Below, in pieces: positions 13,246 to 27,865 of a stretch of DNA of 64,000 nucleotides. Source of the DNA: Eledone cirrhosa (Eukaryota); contig OZ024742.1 of assembly GCA_964016885.1 (NCBI GenBank), positions 51,522,001 to 51,586,000 on the forward strand. The letters run 5' to 3'. Numbering within the stretch: the stretch's first letter is position 1; each line of letters begins with the position of its first letter. Made by a program: the position numbers and the translations under genes. A model generated the notes under the pieces. It saw nothing but the letters and a program-made list of their open reading frames with translations. It had not been told where the DNA came from and did not search any database.

Positions 13246-14797
13246 AGTTTTAGGATCGAAGTCAGGATGAGGTTTTACGAATTATCATTACATATTCACA
13301 ACTTAAATATGAAATATGTATGCGTAATTCAAATATATGCGTAAATATGTAAGAAGGCTTGACATTTGAACTCTTGTAGAATATAAAACATATGTATGTA
13401 AAACAGCTGAGCTTACCTTCAATTCTTCATCTAAAAATGTATACATGATGAAACAAAGAATTACAGATCTGAGATAAGTGGAGAGTAAGAAACCATTATC
13501 CACAGAAGTGTTGGAATATACAATAGCTGTAAGATATGGTGTGTTAAGAGGTCTCGTTCTAGTGGACACTAAATTCAGGGCTCCAAATACAAACCAGTAT
13601 CGTATGTTTCATTCACAGTATCATGATTATAATAGAACCAGGAGACACTTATCTGTTGGAAAATAATGGCCACCAGGCAATTTGATATTTTACTAACTCA
13701 CAATCTTGAAGTAGTGTGTCGCAACACCCACGAAGAAATAAAGTTCATATTTTTTCAAATTATATTTCTGAAGTACATGCTCAGTAAGATAAAAATGTGA
13801 TCCTACATGACATATGATTCAACAGTAATAAAATGTTTTAATGCATAAGAAAACTGAAGTGTAGTGATAGAAATGATGTTGACATCGAATGGAGATAAAT
13901 ATCACAGCTTTGTGGTTAACAGCGTCATAACTTTCCATTGAGATTCCAAGAACTGACGCAAATTTTAAAGTTTCTATTTTAAATATTCACATACACAATT
14001 ATTATAGAACTTTCTCTACGTATACCGTCACACGGAAATACATTTTATATTAAATAGAATATAAAACTGGAATCTGAAAGAACCTTTTTCCTGCATAAAA
14101 ATATGAAAATAAGAATGTAAAAAACACATTCATGCTCAACTTTTCAAGCAAGACCGTTCGATTTTATATTCTATTTAATATTATTCCATTGAAAGCTTTC
14201 TTTTTATTCCTAAGAGTTTAAAGAACATCTCTCTTGAATTCTCACAAGTCTTTATCAATAATGGACAGTATTTTTGAAAAGGTAATCTATAGATTTCAGA
14301 TCAATAATTCTAACTTGAGTATCATTTTTGCTTCAAAAATAGACTTACTGTTTTTTTTAATATCATTTTTGTTGTCATTGTTATTTTCTTGACTTTGAGA
14401 GAAAAACTTTATCTTAAAGTCTATTGACTTTTTATTTCCTTCAATAATAACACGGGATTCTATAATAACGCTTTATAGTGGTTTTCTAATAGGTTTCCAT
14501 TTATTGTTTGTCTTTGTTCGTTCTGCTGTTTAACCTTCTTCCAACCAACTAAATGCCAACAGCATTCATGATTAAAATACTAAAGTATTTGTGAAATTTT
14601 ATGAATCTCATAACAATTGTGTTGCAAACTACGGCTTTCCACAATTTTTATAGCAATTTTGTTTTGTCTTTTGAAGGAGGGTAAATGCCCATAGTCATAT
14701 TCAAAGACCCTCCTTCTAACTGGGGAATGGGTACACATTGGAAATATTGGTGTATTTAATGTTTTATATTGAAATCATTCCAAGTCATTATTATTCA

Positions 14798-14988
14798 GGG
14801 CGGTGGATTGGCAGTATCAGTAGAGGGTCGGACGCCATGCTTTCCAGCATAGTTACGTCCCTTTACGATCTGAGTTCAAATCCCGCTGAGGTTGACTTTG
14901 CCTTTCATCCTTACGGGGCCGATAAAATAAAGTACCAGTAATGCACTGGGTTATTGCTGGCCTTGTGCCTAAAGTAGAAACAATTATT
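14798..14988 (+). mobile_element. tRNA-SINE family 1, near full length
   Basis: A-box-like TGGCAGTATCAGTAG, B-box GAGTTCAAATCC, tail GTAGAAACAATTATT. Confidence 0.8.
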
Positions 14989-15057
14989 AATATTATCATC
15001 ATCATCACCGTCATCATCAGGAGTTTATATTATTATTATTACTGTTATTATTATTAT

Positions 15058-15850
15058 TGTTCTTTGAGTCTCAGTCATTGATGTTAGTCAAATGGAAAGT
15101 TTGTTTAAATGAAAATCAAGCCACTACCTGCAGCCTCAGATATTCAGGACGTCTCGGAGGGTTCTTGCTGTTCCCAGCAAGCATGCCTTTTGAAGTGTTC
15201 CAAAAAGCGGGGCGGGGTCGATTTTCTTTAACCAGCCCTGGAAACTTTTTGAGGTAGTACCTAGTGTGCCTATGAAAATCGGGACCACTTTGACTTCATG
15301 GCAGTTCCAAATCCTTTTTACATCCCACTTTAAGTCCTGGTATCGGTTAATTTTCTCCCTCTCCTTCTCTTGCACTCTCGTGTCGAATGGGCAGGCCACA
15401 TCACCAATCAGGCATGATCTTTTTTCTTTGTCCAAAACCACCAGGTGAGGTCTATTGTGTTCCAGTTTCTTGTCCGTCTGTTTCCTAAAATCGCACCTTC
15501 ACCTTATCGTTTTCTATCACCGACTCTGGCTTATGCTCATACCACTTCTCAGAATGTGGTAAATTGTTTACTTTGCATAGGTGCCAGTGGATCACCCTGC
15601 CCATCACATCATGTCTCCAGCCCTTATAATGAGTCTGGGCTAGGTGTTTACACTCGGATACAATGTGAGCCACAGTCTCCTCTCTCTCTCCACAGATCCT
15701 GCACAGTGGGCTAGCCTCCTCCTTGTAAATATGGTGTTTCAACCCCTTCGTTTTGTGGGCCGGCTCTTGCGCAGCCATTAACATTCCTTCTGTAGCCTTT
15801 TTAAGGTCTCCTCTTTTCAACCAGTTCCATGTCTGTGGATCTCTGAATTC
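15058..15850 (-). mobile_element. 5'-truncated copy of the R4/Dong LINE seen at 36.2-39.0 kb
   Basis: CRICGEREETVAHIVSEC and RLE motifs nearly identical to 38230-39025. Embedded in (TTA)/(TTG)n. Confidence 0.9.
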
Positions 15851-16389
15851 AGTTTTCTTCTTATTGTTCTTATTCTTCTTCTTCTTATTATTATTATTGT
15901 TGTTGTTGTTGTTGTTTTTGTTGTGGTTGTTGTTGTTGTTGTTATTATTATTAATATCTTTTGAATTGTTTGCATGCTAAATTTTTGTTCGTAAATGTTG
16001 TCAGTTTCAAAATATTTGGTTATATCCATGTTTTAACGTGACCGTCTGCGCTTGAGATATTTAGTTCAATGTTGTCTGATAAACGATGATGACGATTAGA
16101 AGAAAGGAAACACCACCACAAAAATAGATAACAGTGATTAAATGAACACCAATAACAACAGCAGCAGCATCAACATAAATAAAAAGTCCTTCGCAGGAAT
16201 GGGATAAAAAATGAAAGTGACCATTTTCATTATCCATATAAAACAAATCTACCAACATAACACACCCTAAATGAAACAATAATGATACAGGAATAATTGC
16301 GGCATAAGTGTAATTATCTAAATGGTTATGTGAGATTGTGCCATATACATTCAGTGGCGAGCATCATGTTTTAAGCCTTTTATCTTTTT

Positions 16390-16532
16390 TCACTTGACAA
16401 TGAAAGTAGTAGTGTGATTCTTGCATGATCCTTTCTCATTCCAGTTGACACATCCAGGATATCCAATATTATCAAGGAAGAAAGATTTGAAAGGATGTCT
16501 ACACGTTCCCACGAATAAATATGTAGAATCAT
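16390..16532 (-). CDS. Candidate terminal exon of an unidentified host gene
   Basis: Acceptor ttattttccAG then a phase-1 open frame DSTYLFVGTCRHPFKSFFLDNIGYPGCVNWNEKGSCKNHTTTFIVK* in unique, non-repeat DNA. No upstream exons identified. Confidence 0.3.
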
Positions 16533-17624
16533 CTGGAAAATAATTACACATACCTAACAAGTCATACGCGTTTATGTGTGACAGTTTCTATTACTTTTTA
16601 TATTCGAGTGGTGAAATATTTACTTCATAATAGTAACTCGGATCATTAGTAGATAGAATATGAGTTAGAATGAATTTAACTTAAAATATTTGTCAATAAT
16701 AGAAAGACACATATATTCATTGATGTTATGATATTTTTATTAATGTTAGTAGTTAATTGTATGCAAAGTAATTATCAGTTTCTGTGCTGTAACATTGCGA
16801 CTCCGTTTATTATCAATAGATAAGAGACGGGAAATTTCGGAATAATTAAGGTACATTATAACTTGAACACGCAATGGCATAACTATATAAAATCTTGGTC
16901 AAACTGCAGATCAAACTGACTCAATCAATTCCAAGGCATTTTTTGTAGAATGACAAAGACAACTTTAGAAGCTTCAAATATTGATTATAATTTTCTTGCC
17001 GCAAGACATTTAATACTACACAAAGAGGCGAACTTGATCCCAAGCTCTTTTATGGCTTCTAATATATACGGCGTTTTCATATTACGTTTTCTAGAACAAT
17101 ACATTTCTCATCTGCAACTGATCGTACATAGTCTCCATCAAAATAGCAGCTTTGATGATCATACACTACTTTCGTCACTCTTTGTTGTTCATCACCTCCG
17201 TAGATAATACAGAGATTGATTTAAATAGTTTTGATATCTTCTTTCTTTCCATTTAATATAAAATGTTCTATATTTGCTGTTCGCTGTGAAGTTTCATGGC
17301 TCTCTAAACAGGCGCATGATAATACGACTGATAGACGTTTTAAAATGAAATAAACTTGAGAATACCTGACCTACTTAAAACATTTAATATAAAAGTCGTT
17401 CTTTGATGTTTTAAAGAGCGAAATACAGGCAGCTGAATCTTCATAAATTTTTACCCGATTTTAGAATGTAGGATTGTTTTAAATACTACATTGTATAATT
17501 CATTTCATCAACACTAAATAGGACGAGCAATGCCACGATTAAAAGAATGGATACACAATAAACAGTAGATCCCGTTAAGGGTGAAAGCAGTGATTATTTG
17601 CTTAAACTTGAATCTGTTATTTTA

Positions 17625-17629
<5 letters not shown>

Positions 17630-17669
<40 letters not shown>

Positions 17670-17791
17670 CATACATACATACATACATACATACATACAT
17701 ACATACATACATACATACATACATACATACATACATACATACATACATACATACATACATACATACACACACAGACACACACACACATATA

Positions 17792-17826
<35 letters not shown>

Positions 17827-17880
17827 ATACATATATATATACATATACATATACACACACATATATATATATATATAGAC

Positions 17881-17919
<39 letters not shown>

Positions 17920-17979
17920 CACATACACATGTACATATACATATAAATACATATACACACTCATATATACACACATACG

Positions 17980-18059
<80 letters not shown>

Positions 18060-18284
18060 CATATATAAACTCACATACATATATATACATATATACACGC
18101 GTATACACACATATACACATATATATATATATATATATACATATGTATATATATATATATGTATATATATACACATATATATATATACACATATACATAT
18201 ATATATATATACACATATATATACATGTACACACATATACATACACATATATACACATATATAAACACATACACATACATATGA

Positions 18285-18315
<31 letters not shown>

Positions 18316-18385
18316 CATATACCCACATTTATATATACATATATATACATATATACACATACATATACATACATATATATATATA
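17630..18385. repeat. Compound (TA)n/(ACAT)n/(CA)n microsatellite
   Basis: Directly visible; source of many spurious ORFs. Confidence 0.95.
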
Positions 18386-18768
18386 CACTGACCAAGAAAC
18401 TCATCCAGATGATGGATGGGTGCTACACGAGAATGCTGAGGATGGCTCTGAACATTAATCAGTATACACTGAGGATGAAAAACTCAGAGCTGTATGGGAG
18501 CCTCCCAAAAGTCAGCTTATAAGTGATACAGAGGTGACTGAGGTTAGCTGGACATGCTCACCGACATCCAGAGTTGACATTGCACTAAGTGCTCCTGTGG
18601 GAGCCCTTAAATGGACACACTGGAAGCGGAAGACCAAGGTTAACGTATTTTGATTCCCTAAGGACAGACACTGGTCTGTTGGAGACGCAGGACATAGCGA
18701 TGATGAGGGACAGAGATCGTTGGAGAGAACTCGTCCATGGATCTAGGGAATTTTACCGACCCTAGATA
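18386..18768 (+). mobile_element. RTE LINE 3' fragment, same family as 10705-11195, opposite orientation
   Basis: Near-identical reverse complement of 10710-11095. Confidence 0.85.
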
Positions 18769-18841
18769 GATATATATATATATACATACATATACATACA
18801 TATATATACATATATATATACATATATATATACATATACAA

Positions 18842-18873
<32 letters not shown>

Positions 18874-18874
18874 C

Positions 18875-19633
<759 letters not shown>

Positions 19634-19694
19634 CACACATACATATACATACACATATATATACATATATACACACATATATACATAGAAATAC

Positions 19695-22600
19695 ATATAT
19701 TTATTAAAATAACAGATTAAAGTTTAAGCAAAGAATCGCTGCTTTTACCCGTAACGGGATCTTCTGAAACTATCAAAGTCAATCTGTGAACGCAAAAGTG
19801 AATATTTCAAAAAACGTTGCAACCGGAGGAAGACAGGAAGACGATACTTTGGTTCGTGGAAACGTTCCCTGGCAAAGAACGGGAAAAAACGAATATAATA
19901 CGTCATTATTTGGAGCGGTGAAAAACAATTACACGCAAAGACAAAGCCACGTTTATGGTATAAATGAAGTCGTAGACTAATATTCGATTAGGTGGTTCAT
20001 AGAGACGTTCTCTGTCAATGAACGGAAAAAAACGAAGAATATACGTCATATGTGGAGCGGGGGGAACAATTGCGCGCAAAGACAAAACCACGTAAATGGT
20101 ATAACTGAAGTCGTAGACTAGAATTCTAACTAGGAAAACGAAATTGATAGCTCCAAGGAGAAGTGGTAAAGTAATGGAGGAGTAGGAATTATTGATGTCG
20201 AATTGGATAAAACGGCAATGTTCCTTGTTGCATATGCCGTTCAACCAATCAATCACCGCGAAAGAATTGTTTCACAGTGCAAGAGGGGCCAAACTTCTAA
20301 TTTCAGGTATAATTCTATCAAGAATCCTTTTACTTAGTCTACCTAAATCGGACTTCTTAAGGCTAATAAGCCGAATAGAGGGGTTGTTCGGAAAATTGTA
20401 TTTGTGATCCTTCAGTGTAAAGTGGGTAGAAATAAGGTCCAGAGGTTCAGTTCGGTCCAGGATGTTGAGATCAGAGGTGATTTTAAACCCAGCATCGTTG
20501 ATTTCATTAATGACGCTCCGATTAGTTTTACCGTAATCCTTAGTTACAGCATTATGTAGCAGTTAATGGTAAGTACTGCGTTCCACTTGATATAGATGTC
20601 AGTTTTGTCGGAATGGACGTGCAGGGCATTAAAATACTTAATAGAACGAATTCTATTCCTCAGGTCCTGCTTGAAGGAATTACTCCTATTCCGAAATTTG
20701 ATACTCCGTATGAGTTCCAAGACATCATTTTCGAAGGGTAGCAATGCTGGGTTACTCGGAGGGTTATTATAGGTTTTAAGCCCAAATTTATCCTGTTTGT
20801 TGTCTGCTGTTCCCTGATTATCGAAATAAAAGGCACGCAAACGCAACCTTTTAATGAACGCGTCTGTTTTTTGTATCAGGAGTTTTGGGTATGTTTCCTT
20901 GGTACGGGTATGATCTTTGTAGAAATATTCAGATATTGTTTCTGCATGATGAATATAAGTCAATAGAGTGCTCAACCGAAGGAGCCAAATAGCAATAATA
21001 ATAAATTTGAAGACTAAAATCCCAAGAGGGCTCGATAAGGATAAATATATATCAAATATATAAGAACCGTAGAGCAAATATTTATTAAAATAACAGATTA
21101 AAGTTTAAGCAAAGAATCGCTGCTTTCACCCTCAACGGGATCTTCTGAAACTAACAAAGTCAATCTGTCAACGCAGACGTGAATATTTCAAAAAACGTTG
21201 CAACCGGAGGAAGACAGGAAGACGCTACTTTGGTTTGTGGAAACGTTCCCTGGCAAAGAACGGGAAAAAACGAATATAATACGTCATTATTTAGAGCGGT
21301 GAAGAACAATTACACGCACACAAAACCACGTTTATGTTATAAAAGAAGTCGTAGACTAATATTCTGTTACGTGGTTCATAGAGACATTCTCTGGCAATGA
21401 GTGAAAAAAACGAAGAAAATACGTCATATGTGGAGCGGGGAGAACACTTTCACGCAAAGACAAAACCACGTAAATCGTATAACTGAAGTCTTAGACTAGA
21501 ATTCTAACTAGGAAACCGAATGATATTCGGCTACAGGGTTAAGAATAAAGTAAATAAAATACAGAGGTAATTGAAATTAAATAAATACATACACGCATCC
21601 ATAAACGAACATACACAAGCATACGCGAAAACGCTCGCCATAGGTATACAAATACACGCACGTACACAAAAAAAAAACCCGCACGCACATACAGAACCCA
21701 CGCAAGGCCTGTACCCGCACGCATACGAATGTATACACCAAATACACATAAAAATATATATAACAAAATTATATATATATATATATATGTGTGTGTGTGC
21801 GTGTTTACATATAATTAAATAAACGTATATAAATAAATAAATACATATATAACAAGCGCACCCACATACCTACATGTAAATACACATATGTTCGGAGACT
21901 ACGTCAACCAAAACATGAAGTACACATATACACACACCCTACATACGTACGAACCTGCATACTCACACAGATGCAAAACTCACGTATACACATAACCAAA
22001 ATCATATGTACCAGAATATATAATATATACGCCATAACATATACAATCAAATATACGTACGAGAAAGTATACATACATTCACAAAACATACAAGTAATAT
22101 ATACTTACCTATACAAATAAGTAATGGTATAAACATAACATATACTTAGATACCACATCAAGACGTAAAATATCCGCGTTTTGTATCTAATACAGGAAAG
22201 TTTTGTGCAATTTATATTTGCAAGCCGAAATTGCTTCAGATTTTTTGTTTAAGATGTGGTCTTTGGCGTAGAGTATTTCCAGAGACTCAGCGGCTCAGAG
22301 ATCACATGGTCTTTTATTTCCGTTATACGATCTAGCCCTAGCTAGGATCTCCCAGTGTAACTTATATTGGGTGTGGTTGTCTTTTAGACTCCAGAGATAA
22401 GCTGAAAGTGACGTCATATTCCTTCTTAAGGGGTAACGAAAAGGATAGGTATGGGGTAAAGACGCTGCTTGAATCTATTGGCAGTTAACCCTATGTAGGC
22501 CCTACATTTCAACCTAATATTTGTAGACAATGTTACTAGAGAGGCATTTCCCGGATAGGGAGCAGTCAAACCGATTCCTACAATTACAGTTAGTATTAAC

Positions 22601-23389
22601 TACAGGGTTGCACGTGTTCCTACGGCTAGGTAGTTTACCTAAATTTGAAGCTGTCATGTTATGTGCAACGTTAGGAGTCGTAGAGTAAGACATTTTAATA
22701 GTATTTCTATTAAAGATTTTACTATATTTATGTGTAGGGGTAAAATGCTTCATGATAAGGGAGAGAAAGATCTTAGCTAATGGTGTGGCCACCTTCATAT
22801 ATATGGTGGGTTATACCATATAATGCGTCGGGATCTATTTCTTCTAGGTCTATTCTCGTACTCTGTGTATGCTACCTTATCGACAAATCCACTACCAGCA
22901 AGAGCTTCATTGTAATATGTGGAATGTTCCTTGAAAATATGCTCGTTAGTAGATAGACGGGAAAGCCTCAAAGAAACGTTTCTTACCAGGTTCTTGGTTA
23001 TGCTGGCATGATGGTTAGAATGCTTACCTATGTAATTAAGCATATCGTTCGGCTTTCTATACGGGTAATGCAAGCCATTCGATTAATTGAGTTTAAGCTC
23101 GAGGTAATTAACGACCGAGAGGATGTCCTCAGGGAACGTTTCCACGAACTAAAGTATCGTCTTCCTGTCTTTCTTCCGGTTGCGATGTTTTTTGAAATAT
23201 TCACTTCTGCGTTCACAGATTGACTTTCTTAGTGTCCGTACATCACGTTAAGGGTGAAAGCAGCGATTCTTTGCTTAAACTTTAATCAGTTATTTTAATA
23301 AATATTTGCTCTACGGTTCTTGTATATTTGATATATATTTATCCTTATCGAGCCCTCTTTGGATTTTAGTCTTCAAATTTATTATTATT

Positions 23390-23390
<1 letters not shown>
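19695..23390 (-). mobile_element. Penelope-like partial tandem: inverted pLTR / ORF 3' part / 3' UTR-pLTR / next-copy ORF 5' part / pLTR
   Basis: pLTR copies 19695-20135 and 20995-21520, inverted copy 23095-23390. ORF pieces FIKRLRLRAFYF (20544-21077), FIQFDINNSYSSIT (~20200), PYRKPND..YI..SNH (22795-23073), CNCRNRFDC (22514-22798). Confidence 0.85.
21102..21152 (-). ncRNA. Hammerhead-like motif with U4A core (CAGAAGA)
   Basis: AGTTT-CAGAAGA-T-CCC-GTTGA-GGG-T-GAAA-GCA-gcgattctt-TGC-TT|AAACT. Copies at 19721-19771 and 62372-62427; related motifs at ~17570, ~23240, ~44860. Confidence 0.6.
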
Positions 23391-23850
<460 letters not shown>

Positions 23851-24360
23851 CAAAAATACACAAACATGCTCATATGCAGGTACATGTGAACGCACGTACA
23901 CACAGCGATATGCTTACAAACGAACGGCCACTCATACAATACAAATACATACAAACATGTACTCATAAATATACGCATATACACAGGCACATAAAAACAG
24001 CTCTACAAGTATAAAATGCAGATAGGTAAGAGGTATTTACATAACGATAGTGCCGTGTTGAGGATGGGTATGGTTCGGGTGAGAAACTTAGAAATAAGGA
24101 GTGGCACACCATTCTGAACTTGTTTATAGAATTCTCTCTGCCGTTGTCACTCTAAATATAAATTATAGACTTAAAGAATTAGCTTTTAATGAATTCCCTT
24201 TTCTTTCAACCAATGACCTCCACCCATCTCACTCTCCACCCTCTTCTATCACCTGAAAATATATAAATAACACAACATTTATATTGGAAACCCAGATTCC
24301 TGATGATTTCTAAAGGATTAAACAGTTCTAGTCCTGTAGAATCTCATCTATATAAAAACT

Positions 24361-24457
<97 letters not shown>

Positions 24458-24463
24458 GTGTGT

Positions 24464-24495
<32 letters not shown>

Positions 24496-24508
24496 GAGAG
24501 CTTTGTTG

Positions 24509-24549
<41 letters not shown>

Positions 24550-24593
24550 TGAAAAAGAACAAAGGAATTATTACGACATTACAACCAGTTTAT

Positions 24594-24640
24594 TGCCGAC
24601 AGCCGTTTCTTCCGACCATATGGTGGGACTTTTCAAAGCA
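24594..24640 (-). ncRNA. Hammerhead motif, U3-A8 variant, partly decayed
   Basis: TGCT-TTGAAAA-GTCCCACC-ATAT-GGTCGGAA-GAAA-CGGCTG-TC|GGCA followed by ATAAA. Confidence 0.55.
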
Positions 24641-24788
24641 TATAACATGTGATTGTAAAAGGGATGGGTTATGGGGAGTTAAGAGAATTTGAAGAGGGCC
24701 TACGCATAGAGCTTAACTAGCTACCGTCGCATATTTGGTAGGTCAGGCGTGATCATCGCGATTCACATACGACCTACCCTACATCTTG

Positions 24789-24828
<40 letters not shown>

Positions 24829-24909
24829 GTAGGAGGTGAGTTTTATTATAGCACAATAAAGCAATACAAATATCGGATAAGTAACACACAACAATTTATT
24901 GAACTGGAA

Positions 24910-25237
<328 letters not shown>

Positions 25238-25449
25238 GAGAGAGTTTAATTTATTGCTCGATGGCTGAGCTCACGCCGTTTCTATGTTTCACGCCGTTGG
25301 TTTTCAGCTATTTCCTTACACTGTTTCTTTAGTGTCTGGGGGTGGGGAACAATTCAGGAAAGACCTAGTTGGAGGTGGAGGCAGGAAAATTACAGAGTGT
25401 AATATTGATATGGTGGGTCTATAGTCTCTTAGTTGCGAAGGATCAATTG

Positions 25450-26620
25450 CGATTTTTGGTGATGTGCACATTTGTGGTTGTGTGTTCGATATGTGATGAC
25501 CAATGGCTGGTGATGGTTAAAATTTGGGAAGAAACTAATCGATGCTGTTATGACTAAGTTTGGGATATCAGCAAAACATTCTCCCCAACTGACGAGGAGG
25601 CTATTTTCCGAATAGAGGAGAATCGCACGGGCTTTCCAGATAGTATCTGTTGCGGTCGATTTCTTATCAAGTTCTTCTTTGCTCAGATTGCATATTTGAC
25701 CCCTCCATTGAAACAAGGGGTCCGTCTGCCACCCGGCGCCATAGCAAGCCGCTTTGTGCTGCAGGATTTAGCAATTGAAAAAGAAAATGCCGAGTTGAAT
25801 AGTCTCCAATCCATTTCAATGGCCTCGCTTTGCGCAGGTTTTTCTCTGGATTTGGATGCAATAGTATCTGTATACTTGGTCCTGTCTTCCTTATCTGTCA
25901 ACGACTTCTTTTAATCGTGTAGGTTGATATTGACCAACTAATTTTGGAGCTTCCTTGGCTTTTGGCAATCCCAAATTACAGATGACCAGATCATAATTAT
26001 TTGACAACTCAAACCAACTCTTATCACGATCATCCAGCACAGAAGCGAAGAAATAAAAGTCAATACAAGAATCAATTATTGATCTTTGTCCCTGATTCTC
26101 TTTATACGGTGTATATCTATGGATGTGTTTCTGCTGGTAGAAAGTGTAAATAATAGAGCCCATTACTAGAGCAGAAGTCTAATAACGCCTCTCCATTTGT
26201 ATTTCAGTTGAGATCGCCGTTCCTTCTAATCACTCTTACTGCATCAGATGGACACTCTAATGTACTTTTCAAACAGGTGCCTCTGCATAATGGCTGATCG
26301 CGTCCATTGTTAACCCGCGCGAAAAATGATAGGATAGGATTGTTTTTTTTTTGTTTTTTTTGTTTTTTTTTTGTCTGTAACCATACTGCAGTTTTGGTTA
26401 TCTTATTCGCCCCAATCATCAATCTGGTAGTTTTCTACGTTTATTTGAAACGCCATTTACCACGTCATCGTAGCTACATCATTAGATTGAGAGGGTGTTC
26501 TCGGGAGCTAAATGTGCCGTCCATTGCTCCATCTGTTAACCGCATCTGGTTGGTGTTCACTTATTCGTCAACCCTTATATCTGTTGGCCGTAACCACGAC
26601 CTGCGACGCGTTCTTTAGCA
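25450..26620 (-). pseudogene. Decayed APE-type LINE (RTE/RTE-X-like) endonuclease-linker fragment
   Basis: FYQQKHIHRYT..GQRSIID and EMDWRLFNSAF..KSCSTKRL..RTP..VKYAI. Related copy at 58.1-59.5 kb. Confidence 0.6.
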
Positions 26621-27169
26621 GAAGAGCTCTGCCGACAAGTACAGTATGGCTTGTTATTCAGTATTCAGAATTAGGATAAGAATCGGATTAGTGACATGGA
26701 TTTTCCATTTCAAATTTTCCATTGAAACTTGATGAGATAGCAGATGTGTTATATATAGTAGCGGCGTCAGTAACTATCTGAAAACTCCCAATTAAAAATT
26801 AAAAACTACCAATATATTAAAATAAATGAAGGAATGATTATAAATTAACACAAAACAGAAAATTAGATATATTCTATAATCAGTTTCGGCTGTACCGTGT
26901 CATTCAGAACGGTAACTCAGTGTGTCAATAATTCATTGTTCATGAACAACAAATATGAACATAGGAACAATTTAAAATCCTACTGCTCGTACATTCTGAA
27001 ATTTACGTGAACAGCAATTGAAATATTCTATTTTATATTTTAAAGAAATTGACCAAACATATTTCGTACGAAAATCTTTGAAAATACATATAGGGAATTT
27101 CGATATGACTAAACTTTTAATAACTACTAGATTTATATGAAGATAAATCTCTTTAAATTAGAGCTCAGT

Positions 27170-27352
27170 GGTATTATGGCAGTATCAGTAGAGGGTCGGA
27201 CATGCATCCCAGCATAGTTACGTCCCTTTACGATCTGAGTTCAAATCCGGCCGAGGGTAACTTTGCCTTTCATCCTTACGGGGTCGATAAAATAAAGTAC
27301 CAGTAATGTACTGGGTAATTGCTGGCCTTGTGCCTAAAGGAGAAACAATTAT
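27170..27352 (+). mobile_element. tRNA-SINE family 1
   Basis: Matches 14798-14988. Confidence 0.8.
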
Positions 27353-27811
27353 GATACTATATTATATTATTAATATATGGTATATGTGCATGGAATTGAG
27401 TGCATGTGTGTGTATGTGTTTTATATATTGTAGATTTTATTTCATTGGATTTAATTACTGAAATATTATATATCTATTGAACATTCACTCAAATTTGATC
27501 TTGTGCAAGCTATTATTGTTATGGATCTTACATCTGATGCTGTGATTGCTGTTGTTCTTTAAATTGTTTCTTCTTTACATCGTAAAAATCCAATCATTTG
27601 TTTAGTGGAACTGTCATTTCCCATGAATTCATAATCGATACTATACTGAGAGTAAGGCTAGTAATCTAAGTGACATATGAAATATAATACGTGAAATTAG
27701 AAAAGAATAACAACATCGAATAGGAAAATATACATTTGAAATTCAGACAGCAAATATTAAGTTATTTTACCGGCTTAGTGCAATAACGATTTTATATCAA
27801 ACTCTCAATAT

Positions 27812-27865
<54 letters not shown>

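Noticed and set aside
14798-14900. tRNA gene
   Set aside because: A/B boxes belong to a SINE head; no full cloverleaf, and the SINE body follows.
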